Origin: Candidatus Nomurabacteria bacterium RIFOXYB1_FULL_39_16
GTDB lineage: Bacteria; Patescibacteriota; Minisyncoccia; Phycocordibacterales; UBA9973
Reading direction: 5' to 3'
Length of the DNA stretch: 47,668 nt
NCBI GenBank assembly: GCA_001787205.1
Contig: MFWB01000011.1
Location: forward strand, 1-47,668
Every line of letters starts with the position of its first letter. The first letter of the stretch is position 1. The position numbers were made by a program, and so were the translations under genes. Of the stretch, positions 10,261 through 19,318 are shown piece by piece. Under the pieces are notes generated by a model. It did not search any database. It was not told the origin of the DNA and was given only the letters and a program-made list of their open reading frames with translations.

Positions 10261-10887
10261 TTAATTTGTTAATTTTGAAATATCTATATCACACTCACTA
10301 TCTAAATCTGAATAACTTCTAACTTTTTCTAAAAAGATATTTCTTGCATTTTTTCTTTCTTCAGTATTAAATTCCTTATCTTTTATAGACTTGATTAATG
10401 ATTCGAGTTTTTCAAAAGACTCTTGAGCTTCTTCATTTGAGAAAATATTACCCACACATTGAAACCCCCTACTTTGTTCTCGTACCACCTCCGTCGCTAT
10501 TGTCGTATTTATAAACGGCTGCACTACCTCCATCTGCAAAGCTAGCGCATACTGCAAAAGCACCGCCCTGGTTTTAGCAGAATTTGGATATTCTTTGAAA
10601 ACAGCTAGTTCTACATCGTCGCGGATGCCGTTTTCGTTAGCATCTATGCCTTCTATTGTCTTATCGGCTTCTATCCCCGGGTCTGGTGGTAAGTTATCTC
10701 CCATCACATCGCTCATAGAGAGCTTCGTCGCGTGGATTTTCGCCACTTGCGCTTCTGTTTTATCTAAATTAAAAAAGTGAAATACCCGGACGACTACCAA
10801 GAGCAGATAAGCGGCAATTAAAATCAAAAGAACCCATTTAAAATATTTAAAAAACTTTCCGGAGAACATCATTTTTATTTTTTCCAT
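10261..10887 (-). CDS. Membrane-anchored protein with a Ca-binding-like loop (GIDANENGIRDDVE)
   Basis: N-terminal TM helix; LPPDPG...GIDANENGIRDDVE; 21 nt upstream of the hydrolase gene, so likely co-transcribed. Confidence 0.75.
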   Translation of the reverse strand: MEKIKMMFSGKFFKYFKWVLLILIAAYLLLVVVRVFHFFNLDKTEAQVAKIHATKLSMSDVMGDNLPPDPGIEADKTIEGIDANENGIRDDVELAVFKEYPNSAKTRAVLLQYALALQMEVVQPFINTTIATEVVREQSRGFQCVGNIFSNEEAQESFEKLESLIKSIKDKEFNTEERKNARNIFLEKVRSYSDLDSECDIDISKLTN

Positions 10888-10940
10888 TTGTAAATTATAT
10901 AATTAAAATAAATTAATCCAAAAATAAAAAGTGCATAACC

Positions 10941-11609
10941 TTACAGGTATCGGATACCTGGGAAAATAGTTTCCCCTCTTTGCTCTCTAATGATAGGAAT
11001 TATCTTTAAACATTCATTCTCAAAATTTTTATTACCCCCGTAAAAATCCAATAAATTATTAGCTTCATTTTTTGAAACTAAGTTAAAATTCATTTTTTCA
11101 TATTCTTTATCGCTAGCCATAATTAAACTATTTTTCTCCTTTGGAATATCGTGAATTAAATAATTTACATTCACATATGGAAATATCTTCAAAAAATATT
11201 GATCATTATCAATTAAATGCGATTTAAATTTGCCTTGAAATAAAGCTCCGCTTCTGTTGTAGACCTTATTAAAGTATCGCGCGTACCCGCCCGACAATCT
11301 TCTTAAAAATTCTGATATACCGCCGTCCACCTTTTGTCTTAAAATGAAATGAAAGTGATTTGGATTAAAACAATAGCATATAATAGAAACCAGCGGGCCT
11401 TCCCCTTTTTCTCTTCTTCTACAATGCCCACAATATAATTTATCTCTCAACGTGTCCCTCAGATTGCCTACAGGTAAAATAGTATTAAATTCTTTTACAC
11501 TTTGAATAAAACGATTGAGATCTTTTTTGCTCATAAAAATATCTCTTTTATCAACACCTCTGTTATATATATGATAGTACTCATCACTCACAAATGGATT
11601 TTTTCTCAT
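10941..11609 (-). CDS. REP-associated tyrosine transposase (RAYT, Y1 HUH family)
   Basis: YYHIYNRGVDKRDIF; HUH motif NPNHFHFIL; YARYFNKVYNRSGALFQGKFKS; probable catalytic Tyr in PYVNVN; flanked by REP hairpins. Confidence 0.9.
   Translation of the reverse strand: MRKNPFVSDEYYHIYNRGVDKRDIFMSKKDLNRFIQSVKEFNTILPVGNLRDTLRDKLYCGHCRRREKGEGPLVSIICYCFNPNHFHFILRQKVDGGISEFLRRLSGGYARYFNKVYNRSGALFQGKFKSHLIDNDQYFLKIFPYVNVNYLIHDIPKEKNSLIMASDKEYEKMNFNLVSKNEANNLLDFYGGNKNFENECLKIIPIIREQRGETIFPGIRYL
10944..10960. repeat. REP palindrome copy 1 (forms the RAYT 3' end)
   Basis: CAGGTATC-G-GATACCTG. Confidence 0.9.
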
Positions 11610-11627
11610 AAAAATAAAAAAAATTAC

Positions 11628-11650
11628 TTACAGGTATCGGATACCTGTAA
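11628..11650. repeat. REP palindrome copy 2
   Basis: TTACAGGTATC-G-GATACCTGTAA. Confidence 0.9.
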
Positions 11651-11730
11651 CTTTGAATTATATTTTTTTAAAAACAGTTATATTATCTCATACGTATAGG
11701 AAAAAATAAATTTTTTATTCCTGTGGAAAA

Positions 11731-11757
11731 CCTTCCAGGTATCGGATACCTGGAAGG
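11731..11757. repeat. REP palindrome copy 3
   Basis: CCTTCCAGGTATC-G-GATACCTGGAAGG. Confidence 0.9.
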
Positions 11758-11761
11758 AATA

Positions 11762-11950
11762 TTAGTAGCCGTATTGGAGGAAGAGGACGATGATTAGAAT
11801 GAGGACTAAGATAGCGAGGAGGGCGTAGGCCCAATCAATTTCGTAACCGCGCTTGTGCATAAACTTTTTCAGCATTTCATAACCCTCGGTTATTATAATA
11901 ACCGGCAGGAGGTATATCATATACCAAATTTTAGTAATGAATTCAAACAT
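11762..11950 (-). CDS. Small membrane protein
   Basis: Two hydrophobic segments; likely start MFEFITK, with TGGAATAAT 6 nt upstream. Confidence 0.6.
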   Translation of the reverse strand: MFEFITKIWYMIYLLPVIIITEGYEMLKKFMHKRGYEIDWAYALLAILVLILIIVLFLQYGY

Positions 11951-11957
11951 ACTTCTA

Positions 11958-12296
11958 TTATTCCATAGCAAGATTCAATCCGACTTTTTCTGCAATTTGC
12001 TTTATCCAGCGTTCGTGACGAGTTAATTGAGTAGAAATAGCTGCATATTCTAAACGCAAATCAGAAATCACTTTTGCTAAGTTATCCACAGCAACCATCA
12101 TCCCTTGTATTGATTCTCGTAGGCCTTCTACATCTTTTTTAACATCTTCAATATCAGATTTTAATACAAGAAAGTTGGACTCCAAATCCTGTCTGACCTC
12201 TTGTATGTCAGCTTTAAATTCTTTTCTGATTTCTTGCATATCAGCTTTAGTGGCAAGGATAGAGCTTAATTTTTGAATATCTTTATCATCCAACAT
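11958..12296 (-). CDS. Coiled-coil hypothetical protein
   Basis: Likely start MLDDKDIQK (TGGTATAAT 6 nt upstream); ATKAD heptad pattern; ends RHERWIKQIAEKVGLNL. Confidence 0.75.
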   Translation of the reverse strand: MLDDKDIQKLSSILATKADMQEIRKEFKADIQEVRQDLESNFLVLKSDIEDVKKDVEGLRESIQGMMVAVDNLAKVISDLRLEYAAISTQLTRHERWIKQIAEKVGLNLAME

Positions 12297-12354
12297 ACAG
12301 CAATTATACCAAGTGTCATCTTTTATGCAACTTAATAAAATAATCAATTAACAT

Positions 12355-12389
12355 AACCAAAAAACCCGCATAATGCGGGTTTTTTGGTT
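12355..12389. terminator. Rho-independent terminator
   Basis: AACCAAAAAACCCGCA-TAA-TGCGGGTTTTTTGGTT. Confidence 0.85.
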
Positions 12390-12395
12390 AATTAT

Positions 12396-12476
12396 TCCCC
12401 TCTTGAGGGGTAGCCAAAGGCCGGGGTGGAAAAACTCATCCACCTCCCCCTAAAGGGTACTCCTCAAAGAGGAGAA
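12396..12476. repeat. BoxC-like double palindromic element, intergenic
   Basis: CCCCTCTTGAGGGG...CGGGGTGG and CCACCTCCCCCTAAAGGGTACTCCTCAAAGAGGAG; same layout as the ftsK and metG inserts. Confidence 0.75.
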
Positions 12477-12478
12477 TT

Positions 12479-13474
12479 TTATTGAGTTTCTGCCTTAGCT
12501 CGGGACATTGCGCCTAGAAAGCCGTCTGCTGTGAGCCCTACAGATACTTGCCAAGCTTTCGCGGCAAGCATAGTCTTCGGTCCACAGTTTCCATCAGCTA
12601 CCAAGCCTGCGCTTGCCTTGTCATTCAAGAACATTTGCCAAGCCTTGCAAGCTTCACTCTTGGTTCCCTCTTTCACCAAGAGCGTTCCGAAAGCATAACC
12701 TTGCGCGTTTGGAGTCGCCGGAGTAGCGGGAGTGACTCCTGGGACAGCAGGTGTCGCCGGAGTAGCGCCACAACGAACGGCGGCTATACCGTTTATCTTT
12801 GCTTTAGTCATCGGTCCGATGAGGCCATCAACTACCAAGCCATTCGTGTTCTGCCATTGCATCATCACGGCAATAGTCTTCGGGCCTAGCGCTCCATCAA
12901 CTACCAAGCCTAGGTTCATCGTCGCATTCAAGAATTTTTGCAATTCCATAACCGCTTCACCTCTACTGCCATTTTTCAAAGTTCCCAATCCGAGATTGTA
13001 AGAACATACTTGTCCAGCACCGATTGCTGGAGGAGTAACTACTACCGGAGGAGTTACCGGCTTTGGTTTTGAGGAACCCCCACTGCTTCCGCTAGTACTA
13101 CTACTAGCAACAACACATTGAGCATCCCCAGGAGTTATGGTGATAGTTTCTGCGTTACCATTAATGACAACAGTTGATACTCCATTTAAACAAGTATTTG
13201 TAACCTCCGAACTAGTGTTGCCTGTAACCGTCAGAGCCCTAACATCGGAAGTTACTGAAAAACTGTTCCCATTAGCAACTACAACCACAATACTTCCCGT
13301 ATTAACGACCAAACTGGTAGCTTCTGAACCAGACAAGATTGTTAAATCAATATCTGGAGATGATAAGTCAATAGTTTGACTCACGCTCCAGTTGAGCGCA
13401 GCAGCGCTTGCAAAACCTACTACGCCAAAAAACGCAAACATTATTATCGCAAACAATTTTAATTTATTTTTCAT
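12479..13474 (-). CDS. Secreted protein with two peptidoglycan-binding domains
   Basis: Signal peptide; LKNGSRGEAVMELQKFLN...DGALGPKT...WQ...GLVVDGLIGP; second PG-binding-like domain at the C-terminus. Confidence 0.88.
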   Translation of the reverse strand: MKNKLKLFAIIMFAFFGVVGFASAAALNWSVSQTIDLSSPDIDLTILSGSEATSLVVNTGSIVVVVANGNSFSVTSDVRALTVTGNTSSEVTNTCLNGVSTVVINGNAETITITPGDAQCVVASSSTSGSSGGSSKPKPVTPPVVVTPPAIGAGQVCSYNLGLGTLKNGSRGEAVMELQKFLNATMNLGLVVDGALGPKTIAVMMQWQNTNGLVVDGLIGPMTKAKINGIAAVRCGATPATPAVPGVTPATPATPNAQGYAFGTLLVKEGTKSEACKAWQMFLNDKASAGLVADGNCGPKTMLAAKAWQVSVGLTADGFLGAMSRAKAETQ

Positions 13475-13533
13475 AATTCTTCTACATTAAGTATGGAAAC
13501 TATTAATACCTATATTATAGACTCAACCACAAC

Positions 13534-13561
13534 AAAAAACCACCCGTTAGGGTGGTTTTTT
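13534..13561. terminator. Rho-independent terminator
   Basis: AAAAAACCACCC-GTTA-GGGTGGTTTTTT. Confidence 0.85.
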
Positions 13562-13579
13562 GGATTTTAGCCTAAGTAT

Positions 13580-15553
13580 TTATTGCGCTAGGGCTTTTGC
13601 GCGAGACACTGGTCCGAGAAGACCGTCTGCCGTCAAACCCTTGGATACTTGCCATGCTTTTGCAGCAGCGATGGAAAGTTTTCCACACCATCCGTCTGTG
13701 ACGAGGCCTGCATTTGCCTTGTCATTCAAGAACATCTGCCAAGCCTTGCAAGCTTCGCCCTTGGTTCCCAATTTAACTGTATATTGTCCAAATGCATAAG
13801 CATTTCCATTTGGTGTGTTTGAAGAAGTAAATTTTGTACACTTCTTTCCTGTTACAGTGTGATATGCACTTCCCGTAGGACATGTGACCTCCGTCGTAGC
13901 AGAAGTTGTTTCTTCTTCATCCTCGTCATCACTCGAAGAAGATGAGCTTGAAGATGAGGAAGAGGAACTTGAAGACGGGTCTGTTGTTACTGTTACTGTA
14001 CTGGTGCCACTATGAGCAACATCAATACTTCCTGTTGCCCCCACTAAGAAGTAGGTATTATTTGTATGCGCAGCTGGGAGAGTGGAACCAGTTGAACCCC
14101 AGGTACCTGAGGTCTTTGTAGAACCTGCAAGTTTTAGTTTGTTTGCAGTGTTGGCATTTCCTACTAAAGTAGCTGTAGCTGTGCCGGTTGGAGCAATAGA
14201 CAAAGTTTGACCAATGATCGTAGCAGCGGTGAGAGTTTTTGTGCCGCTTCCGGAAAGTGTCAAGTTGCTGTAAGTGCTGGTAGTTCCATCCCGCACTGTT
14301 TGTGCTCCAGCCAAGTTATACACCACCGTATTTCCAGCTGCTGTAGCGGTAAACACAGTAATATCTACAACATCATCACCAATAGTCAAAGTACCAGTCG
14401 CCCCATTTATTATTCCTCCAGTACCTGTCAAAGACGCGGTGGCTGTAATTGCGCCGTTGTTGGTAAGAGTAATTCCAGCTCCAGTGACGGTCAAAGCTGT
14501 AGCTACTGTCAGTGTGCTACTAGCATCAACAGAATGGTTTCCAGTAACAATTGTAACGCTAGGGATTATAGTTGCTGTAGTACCACCGATGGTCTTGGTG
14601 GTAGCTCCATTGAATGTGTGAAGCCCTGTGCTTGCAGTAAAGGTCGTAGCATTGTTTGTCCAATCACCACCAATGGTATAAGTACCAGCACCTATTGATC
14701 CATCCCATACAGCGCCACTATTTAAAGTAACGTTGCCGGTGAAAGTTTTTACGCCTGTACTGAAAGTTATCGTTCCGGTAATAGAAGATGCACCAGTTAC
14801 TGTGAATGTTTGTGTATTAGTAGCGATAGTTCCCGCAGTTAAGGTAAGAGTACCTCCGAAAGTCGTAGCACCGAGCAAAGTTGCCGTACCAGCTCCAGAT
14901 TTAGTCACATTGTTATATGTGGTGTAAGCGCCGATATTTTGTGCATCAGCTGAATTGAAAGTGATTCTTCCTCCAGTACCATCTAAAGTTGCACCAGAAG
15001 GAAAATGACCACCGAAATTCATATCACTGTCTCCAGTAGAAGTAAACTGAACTTGTGCGGCATCAGTCCAAGTACCGCTCACATCTCCGGTAACGGTAAT
15101 TGTTCCTGTGCTAACACTAAGAACCATATTACCAGCCGCAGCTCCGTCGCTAATAACAAGAGTATCGGTGGAAAATGTTCCAGTACCTACTGCGATACTT
15201 GAACCTGCTGCGCCTGTAGTAGCAGTGTATGTAGTAGCTCCAGAAACAGTGAGGGTGTTGCCGGTTAACGCAAGACTGTTTGCCGCAGCCACAGCATCAT
15301 TAAATGTAAGAGCAGTTATAGTAGAACTTCCGCTCATGGTAACCACGGACCCAGTAGGAATAACTACGCTATCAGCCGCTTGTGGAAGAATTCCTCCGCA
15401 ACCAGACCAATTGCCAATAGTATGCCAATCGCCATCTCCTACGAATGTACATGTGTTAGCATATGCACTGTCAGGCGAAGAGCCGAGAACCACGACCGCT
15501 AAAACAAGAACAGAGAAAAAAGAAACTAAACGAAACATTTTTTTATTTAACAT
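13580..15553 (-). CDS. Secreted Thr/Gly-rich beta-solenoid adhesin-like protein with C-terminal PG-binding domain
   Basis: Signal peptide; GDWHTIGNWSGC; repeated TYSNLTLSGSGTKTL / KSGAGTATL strands; poly-Ser linker; C-terminus paralogous to 12479..13474. Confidence 0.82.
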   Translation of the reverse strand: MLNKKMFRLVSFFSVLVLAVVVLGSSPDSAYANTCTFVGDGDWHTIGNWSGCGGILPQAADSVVIPTGSVVTMSGSSTITALTFNDAVAAANSLALTGNTLTVSGATTYTATTGAAGSSIAVGTGTFSTDTLVISDGAAAGNMVLSVSTGTITVTGDVSGTWTDAAQVQFTSTGDSDMNFGGHFPSGATLDGTGGRITFNSADAQNIGAYTTYNNVTKSGAGTATLLGATTFGGTLTLTAGTIATNTQTFTVTGASSITGTITFSTGVKTFTGNVTLNSGAVWDGSIGAGTYTIGGDWTNNATTFTASTGLHTFNGATTKTIGGTTATIIPSVTIVTGNHSVDASSTLTVATALTVTGAGITLTNNGAITATASLTGTGGIINGATGTLTIGDDVVDITVFTATAAGNTVVYNLAGAQTVRDGTTSTYSNLTLSGSGTKTLTAATIIGQTLSIAPTGTATATLVGNANTANKLKLAGSTKTSGTWGSTGSTLPAAHTNNTYFLVGATGSIDVAHSGTSTVTVTTDPSSSSSSSSSSSSSSSDDEDEEETTSATTEVTCPTGSAYHTVTGKKCTKFTSSNTPNGNAYAFGQYTVKLGTKGEACKAWQMFLNDKANAGLVTDGWCGKLSIAAAKAWQVSKGLTADGLLGPVSRAKALAQ

Positions 15554-15697
15554 ATAATTTATATTACTAATAATTGCTAATAATAATCTACAACAAAAAG
15601 ACTTGAGTTGATATAATCAACATTACAATTATACAATTAAATACAAGCAATAACACTATTACACACTGTGGATAACTTATTTTTATAAATAAAATAC

Positions 15698-15733
15698 AAA
15701 AAACCCCGGACTCTCGTAAGAGTCGGGGGTTTG
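15698..15733 (-). terminator. Terminator of the S-layer-like gene
   Basis: AAAAAACCCCGGACTCT-CGTA-AGAGTCGGGGGTTT. Confidence 0.75.
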
Positions 15734-15778
15734 TTTGTAATACTTTTTAAGGTGTATTAACCAGAGCTGTCTAAACTA

Positions 15779-17806
15779 CTAGCTAGTTATAAACTTATAA
15801 CCAGTCTGGAAGTCTTCAACAGGAGTCAATGATTGAATCAACTCGTCAACACCGTCAGCCAAGGCTGCAGCTAGATAAGTCTGTACCCCTTCCACATGCA
15901 CGCGCATTGAGGTGGCTAGGTTTTCTGGTACAGTAAGAATCACTTGAAGCGTACAGGTTACTGCATCACCCTCGTCTAGACGATAAGCGGTAGTAGCTTC
16001 AATATCCGCACTACATGTGAATGTTGAAGAGCTAGTACCAGCCATCAAGTCTGTAGAAGGAGCTGCTGTATCTTGGAAGGCATATGAGAATGCCTGGCTG
16101 GCAGAGATAGAAGCAACGGCTGCTTCTTTGTCAGCTGAAAGTCCCAAGTAGCGAGTGTCACCAAACGCAGTTACAGTCAACGGAATGTTGTATGTAACTT
16201 GAGTAGTATCAGCGCCATCAGTAACTGTCTCGTAAGTAACTGTACCCATGTCTACTATCACACCAGAACTGAAGAATGTCTGAATTTCACCGATAGCGGA
16301 ACCGGTAAGGTCGGCAGCGCCGACTGCATCACCGTTCGCATCTTCTACATCAGTGTCAGCATCTTCTAGGTCTGCTGTAGGGAAGCTTACTACGAAAGTA
16401 TCACCTTGTTCAAAGGTATCATCACCAGCTTCGGCAGCAATAGCTCGAATCTTTGCAACAACCTTGAAGTTTACCGTGTCTCCCTCATCAATCAACAAGT
16501 CAAGATTGGTGAAATGAAGATCACCAGTAAGGTCGTCAACGGCGTCAGCATAGGCAGAAATTGAGTCAACCTCATCGCCTTCCATTTCCAGAGAGAGAGA
16601 GGAAACCATATCAGCCCAAGTATCATCAACGCCTACGACAGTACCTGTCATTTCAATAGCGTCAACAGTCATGTCTGAACCTTCCGCTTTCAAAGTAAAC
16701 TCAAGCATAGTTACATCAGTGGTAGCAGTAGTATCAACCTCAACGTTTGCAGCGTCAGGGTTGGCAGAAGCTGCAGTGAGTTTCAATTCAAGGTCACCTG
16801 AAGTTGCAAGGTCATCGAAATCGAAATCTCTTTCGAATGCACCTGCTTCGTCAGCGCTAGCCGCACTACCTGCTTCTGTTGTTGTAACTCCATCCGCATC
16901 CTCAAAGCGTACGCTTATAAGGTCAGCGCCCCAGACGTCAGTGTCAATATCACCTGAGTCAAGATTGCTTGATGCTGTAACAGCTACATAAAAGACTTCT
17001 GTCTCACCAGCATCGATAACCGCGCCGTCAAGAGCAATAGTTTTTGAGTAGTAATTGCTAGTTTCAGAAAAATCATCTGCATCAGCTTCACCAACTTTTT
17101 CACCGCCCATAAAGATAGACACTGAATCAGCATAATCTTCTAGTCGGCGTGAACTTGCTGTGTTTGAATTGAAAAATTCAACTTTTGCAGAAGTGATTTC
17201 TACGTCTGATTCATCATCAGCTTCAACCTCGAAACCAAGAACAGCTACATCTTCATCACCAGCTACAACTTCCTCGTTAGAGTAAGTTGACTTGGCAGTA
17301 AGAGTGATTGATCCTGCTCCACCCTCTAATGAACCATCAGAAGATGAACCAGTTGAACTATCGCATTTTGTTCCTGTCAGAGGAGAGTATCCTGCTGTTG
17401 AAGAACATCCTGCTGGAAGTCCTGCTGAAGTACCAGTATTACATGCTACTCCAGTTGTTGCACTGAATCCGGAAGCTGAAGTACATCCTGCTGGAAAGTT
17501 TCCTGTAGGTGCACCCATCAAAGCTGCACGAGACATAGCGCCGACAACTCCGTCAGCAACTAGACCATGACCTGCTTGCCAAGCCATAACAGCAGCCTTG
17601 GTCATAGGACCAAATTTGCCATCAGCTGTAGCACCGATTATTGTCTGTAGGCAAGAAACTTCTGCGCCTACTGAACCTGCTCTTAAAGTAGTTGTGATTG
17701 TACAATCAGCTGAAGCTGAGTTCACAGACACTGCTGCGAATCCAACAACCATTATTGCTACAACCATAACTCCTAGAAGAAATTTTGATTTTAATAATTT
17801 ACTCAT
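15779..17806 (-). CDS. Acidic secreted surface (S-layer-like) protein with N-terminal PG-binding domain and Cys repeats
   Basis: Signal peptide; TLRAGSVGAEVSCLQ...DGKFGPMTKAAVMAWQ; two AGCxSxxGxSxxTG repeats; long Asp/Ala/Thr-rich beta region. Confidence 0.8.
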   Translation of the reverse strand: MSKLLKSKFLLGVMVVAIMVVGFAAVSVNSASADCTITTTLRAGSVGAEVSCLQTIIGATADGKFGPMTKAAVMAWQAGHGLVADGVVGAMSRAALMGAPTGNFPAGCTSASGFSATTGVACNTGTSAGLPAGCSSTAGYSPLTGTKCDSSTGSSSDGSLEGGAGSITLTAKSTYSNEEVVAGDEDVAVLGFEVEADDESDVEITSAKVEFFNSNTASSRRLEDYADSVSIFMGGEKVGEADADDFSETSNYYSKTIALDGAVIDAGETEVFYVAVTASSNLDSGDIDTDVWGADLISVRFEDADGVTTTEAGSAASADEAGAFERDFDFDDLATSGDLELKLTAASANPDAANVEVDTTATTDVTMLEFTLKAEGSDMTVDAIEMTGTVVGVDDTWADMVSSLSLEMEGDEVDSISAYADAVDDLTGDLHFTNLDLLIDEGDTVNFKVVAKIRAIAAEAGDDTFEQGDTFVVSFPTADLEDADTDVEDANGDAVGAADLTGSAIGEIQTFFSSGVIVDMGTVTYETVTDGADTTQVTYNIPLTVTAFGDTRYLGLSADKEAAVASISASQAFSYAFQDTAAPSTDLMAGTSSSTFTCSADIEATTAYRLDEGDAVTCTLQVILTVPENLATSMRVHVEGVQTYLAAALADGVDELIQSLTPVEDFQTGYKFITS

Positions 17807-18218
17807 AAATTTTTTCTAATTTCTACGCCATTAATAAGTTTCGACAAAACTAAAGGCGTATTTTTTCTTATCGTTATTCCCCTTCCGCTTCTAACTAATA
17901 AATTTTAATAATGTAGCGGATTACGAAATAACGAACAGAGATAAACTACATTGAAAACATAGCTATTAAGTTTTCAATGATCCTTCCTTATTTTCACTCC
18001 TTTCGCTAAAGATTTTTTCGACGAAATCTGAAGAGAAGATGAAGAGAAAATAAATACAATTTGTGAATGCAGAATACACTTTCGTGCACTCCATAATCAC
18101 ATTCATATTATAATACAGCTCCTAAATAGAGCAATGTATTATGTGGATAACTAGCTTTTTACACCAATATCCATAGACACATCTTATCATAATTTAATGC
18201 AAAATGCAAAGAAGATAA

Positions 18219-18288
18219 AACCCCTCCAACCTCCCCTTATCAGGGGAGGCGAATGGTTTCCCCCTGACAAGGGGGAATAAGGGGGGTT
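18219..18288. repeat. BoxC-like inverted doublet, intergenic
   Basis: CCCCTCCAACCTCCCCTTATCAGGGGAGG...TTCCCCCTGACAAGGGGGAATAAGGGGGG; shares 21 identical nt (CCTCCCCTGATAAGGGGAGGT, opposite strand) with the ftsK insert at 20838-20858. Confidence 0.85.
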
Positions 18289-18291
18289 AAT

Positions 18292-19161
18292 CTATTTAAT
18301 GAAATATCTGCTCCAACGCTTGGAACCCTCCTTCTTAAGAACACCATCAGAGACCATAGATACGAGCTCTCTTTGGAGTGTCTTTTCGCTATGAGAGTCC
18401 AGGGACCCCACCTGACCAGGCAAGGTGTGCACTTTGTCCTTTATGTCCTTTATAGTGGCGTTCCCGCCTAGAATCTTTATTATATTTAATATATCTTCGC
18501 GTCTTTGTTTCTTTAACAAATCAAAATTGTGCGCTCCGGATATCCCCTTGATGGCCTTCATAAGCGTCCCCGCCTTTTGGACACCTAGACTAGAATGATG
18601 TCCTTTAGAAACTCCTCTCCTCCTTGTGGAGGAGGAGTGCCCGAAGGGCGAGGTGGTGATTAAAGAATTACCACCCCCTGCCCCCTCCTCATTAAGGAGG
18701 GGAGGAATCCCATCTTCAAACAACTCCGCTATATCAATTTTTTTATTTAAAATTTCAACCTTTGGGATAGAGTCTGTAATGCTTTGTTTTAATTTAAAAA
18801 ATTCCTTCCTCAGAATATCACAATTCATTCCAGAGACTATATTCATAGTGCCTGCGATGTCCAGAAAGGACACGATGTCCCCTACTTTTCCAAGTATAAC
18901 GGACGCCATATGTCCAGCCCTACTTTCTTCTAAAGAGCGCATGTCCGATATGATTTCTGTGCCCAATGTCCTTAATTTATTTCTAAGAGGCTCGTCTTTA
19001 TCAATAATGTCCGTGACCATATAGAGAGCGGTAATGAGCTTGTCGGTCTTGGGATAAAGCCCACCCCCTCCTGGCTCCTCCCCCTTAATAAGGGGGAGGT
19101 TGGGTAGGGGTGAGTTTGTGTCCTTTTGGAGGTTCTTGAGATTTTTTTCTTCTCCCAACAT
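18292..19161 (-). CDS. Hypothetical protein: helical N-domain and C-terminal winged HTH; contains two repeat inserts
   Basis: KTDKLITALYMVTD...EPLRNKLR; C-terminal ATIKDI...SEKTLQRELVSMVSDGVLKKEGSKRWSRY. Confidence 0.78.
   Translation of the reverse strand: MLGEEKNLKNLQKDTNSPLPNLPLIKGEEPGGGGLYPKTDKLITALYMVTDIIDKDEPLRNKLRTLGTEIISDMRSLEESRAGHMASVILGKVGDIVSFLDIAGTMNIVSGMNCDILRKEFFKLKQSITDSIPKVEILNKKIDIAELFEDGIPPLLNEEGAGGGNSLITTSPFGHSSSTRRRGVSKGHHSSLGVQKAGTLMKAIKGISGAHNFDLLKKQRREDILNIIKILGGNATIKDIKDKVHTLPGQVGSLDSHSEKTLQRELVSMVSDGVLKKEGSKRWSRYFIK
18612..18705. repeat. BoxC-like doublet inserted in frame in the wHTH gene
   Basis: Encodes PPLLNEEGAGGGNSLITTSPFGHSSSTRRRG; one half is nearly identical to ftsK 19902-19942. 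Confidence 0.88.
19061..19114. repeat. BoxC-like element in the 5' end of the wHTH gene
   Basis: CCTCCCCCTTA-A-TAAGGGGGAGG with C-rich and G-rich tails; encodes SPLPNLPLIKGEEPGGGG. Confidence 0.85.
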
Positions 19162-19207
19162 TTGTCCATTATATATAAGACACTAGAAAATGCAAGAGCA
19201 TTTTCTC

Positions 19208-19300
19208 AGGCCCTAGGCTTTAGGCACTAGGCTCTAGCAAAATACAATACAAAAAAAATAAAAAGCTAAAGCCTAATGCCTAGCGCCTAGTGCCTAGCGC
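19208..19300. repeat. Two inverted arrays of 7-bp tandem repeats in the divergent promoter region
   Basis: AGGCCCT AGGCTTT AGGCACT AGGCTCT ... AAAGCCT AATGCCT AGCGCCT AGTGCCT. Confidence 0.85.
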
Positions 19301-19318
19301 GTGGTAAAATAGTTTTAT

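Noticed and set aside
10944-11757. Possible CRISPR array from three identical palindromic repeats
   Set aside because: Only a 17-bp core, irregular spacing (687 and 105 nt), no cas genes; explained as RAYT-associated REPs.
12479-13801. Possible diversity-generating retroelement TR/VR pair from the similar C-termini
   Set aside because: Mismatches are not adenine-specific and are largely synonymous, and no reverse transcriptase is in the window.
15668-18150. Replication origin suggested by DnaA boxes
   Set aside because: The boxes are isolated singles, with no cluster and no dnaA or dnaN nearby.
18626-19024. Antisense and nested ORFs in the track (e.g. 9164..9616, 14207..14698, 18626..19024, 19450..19971, 33800..34294)
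   Set aside because: They lie opposite well-supported genes and show no recognisable motifs.
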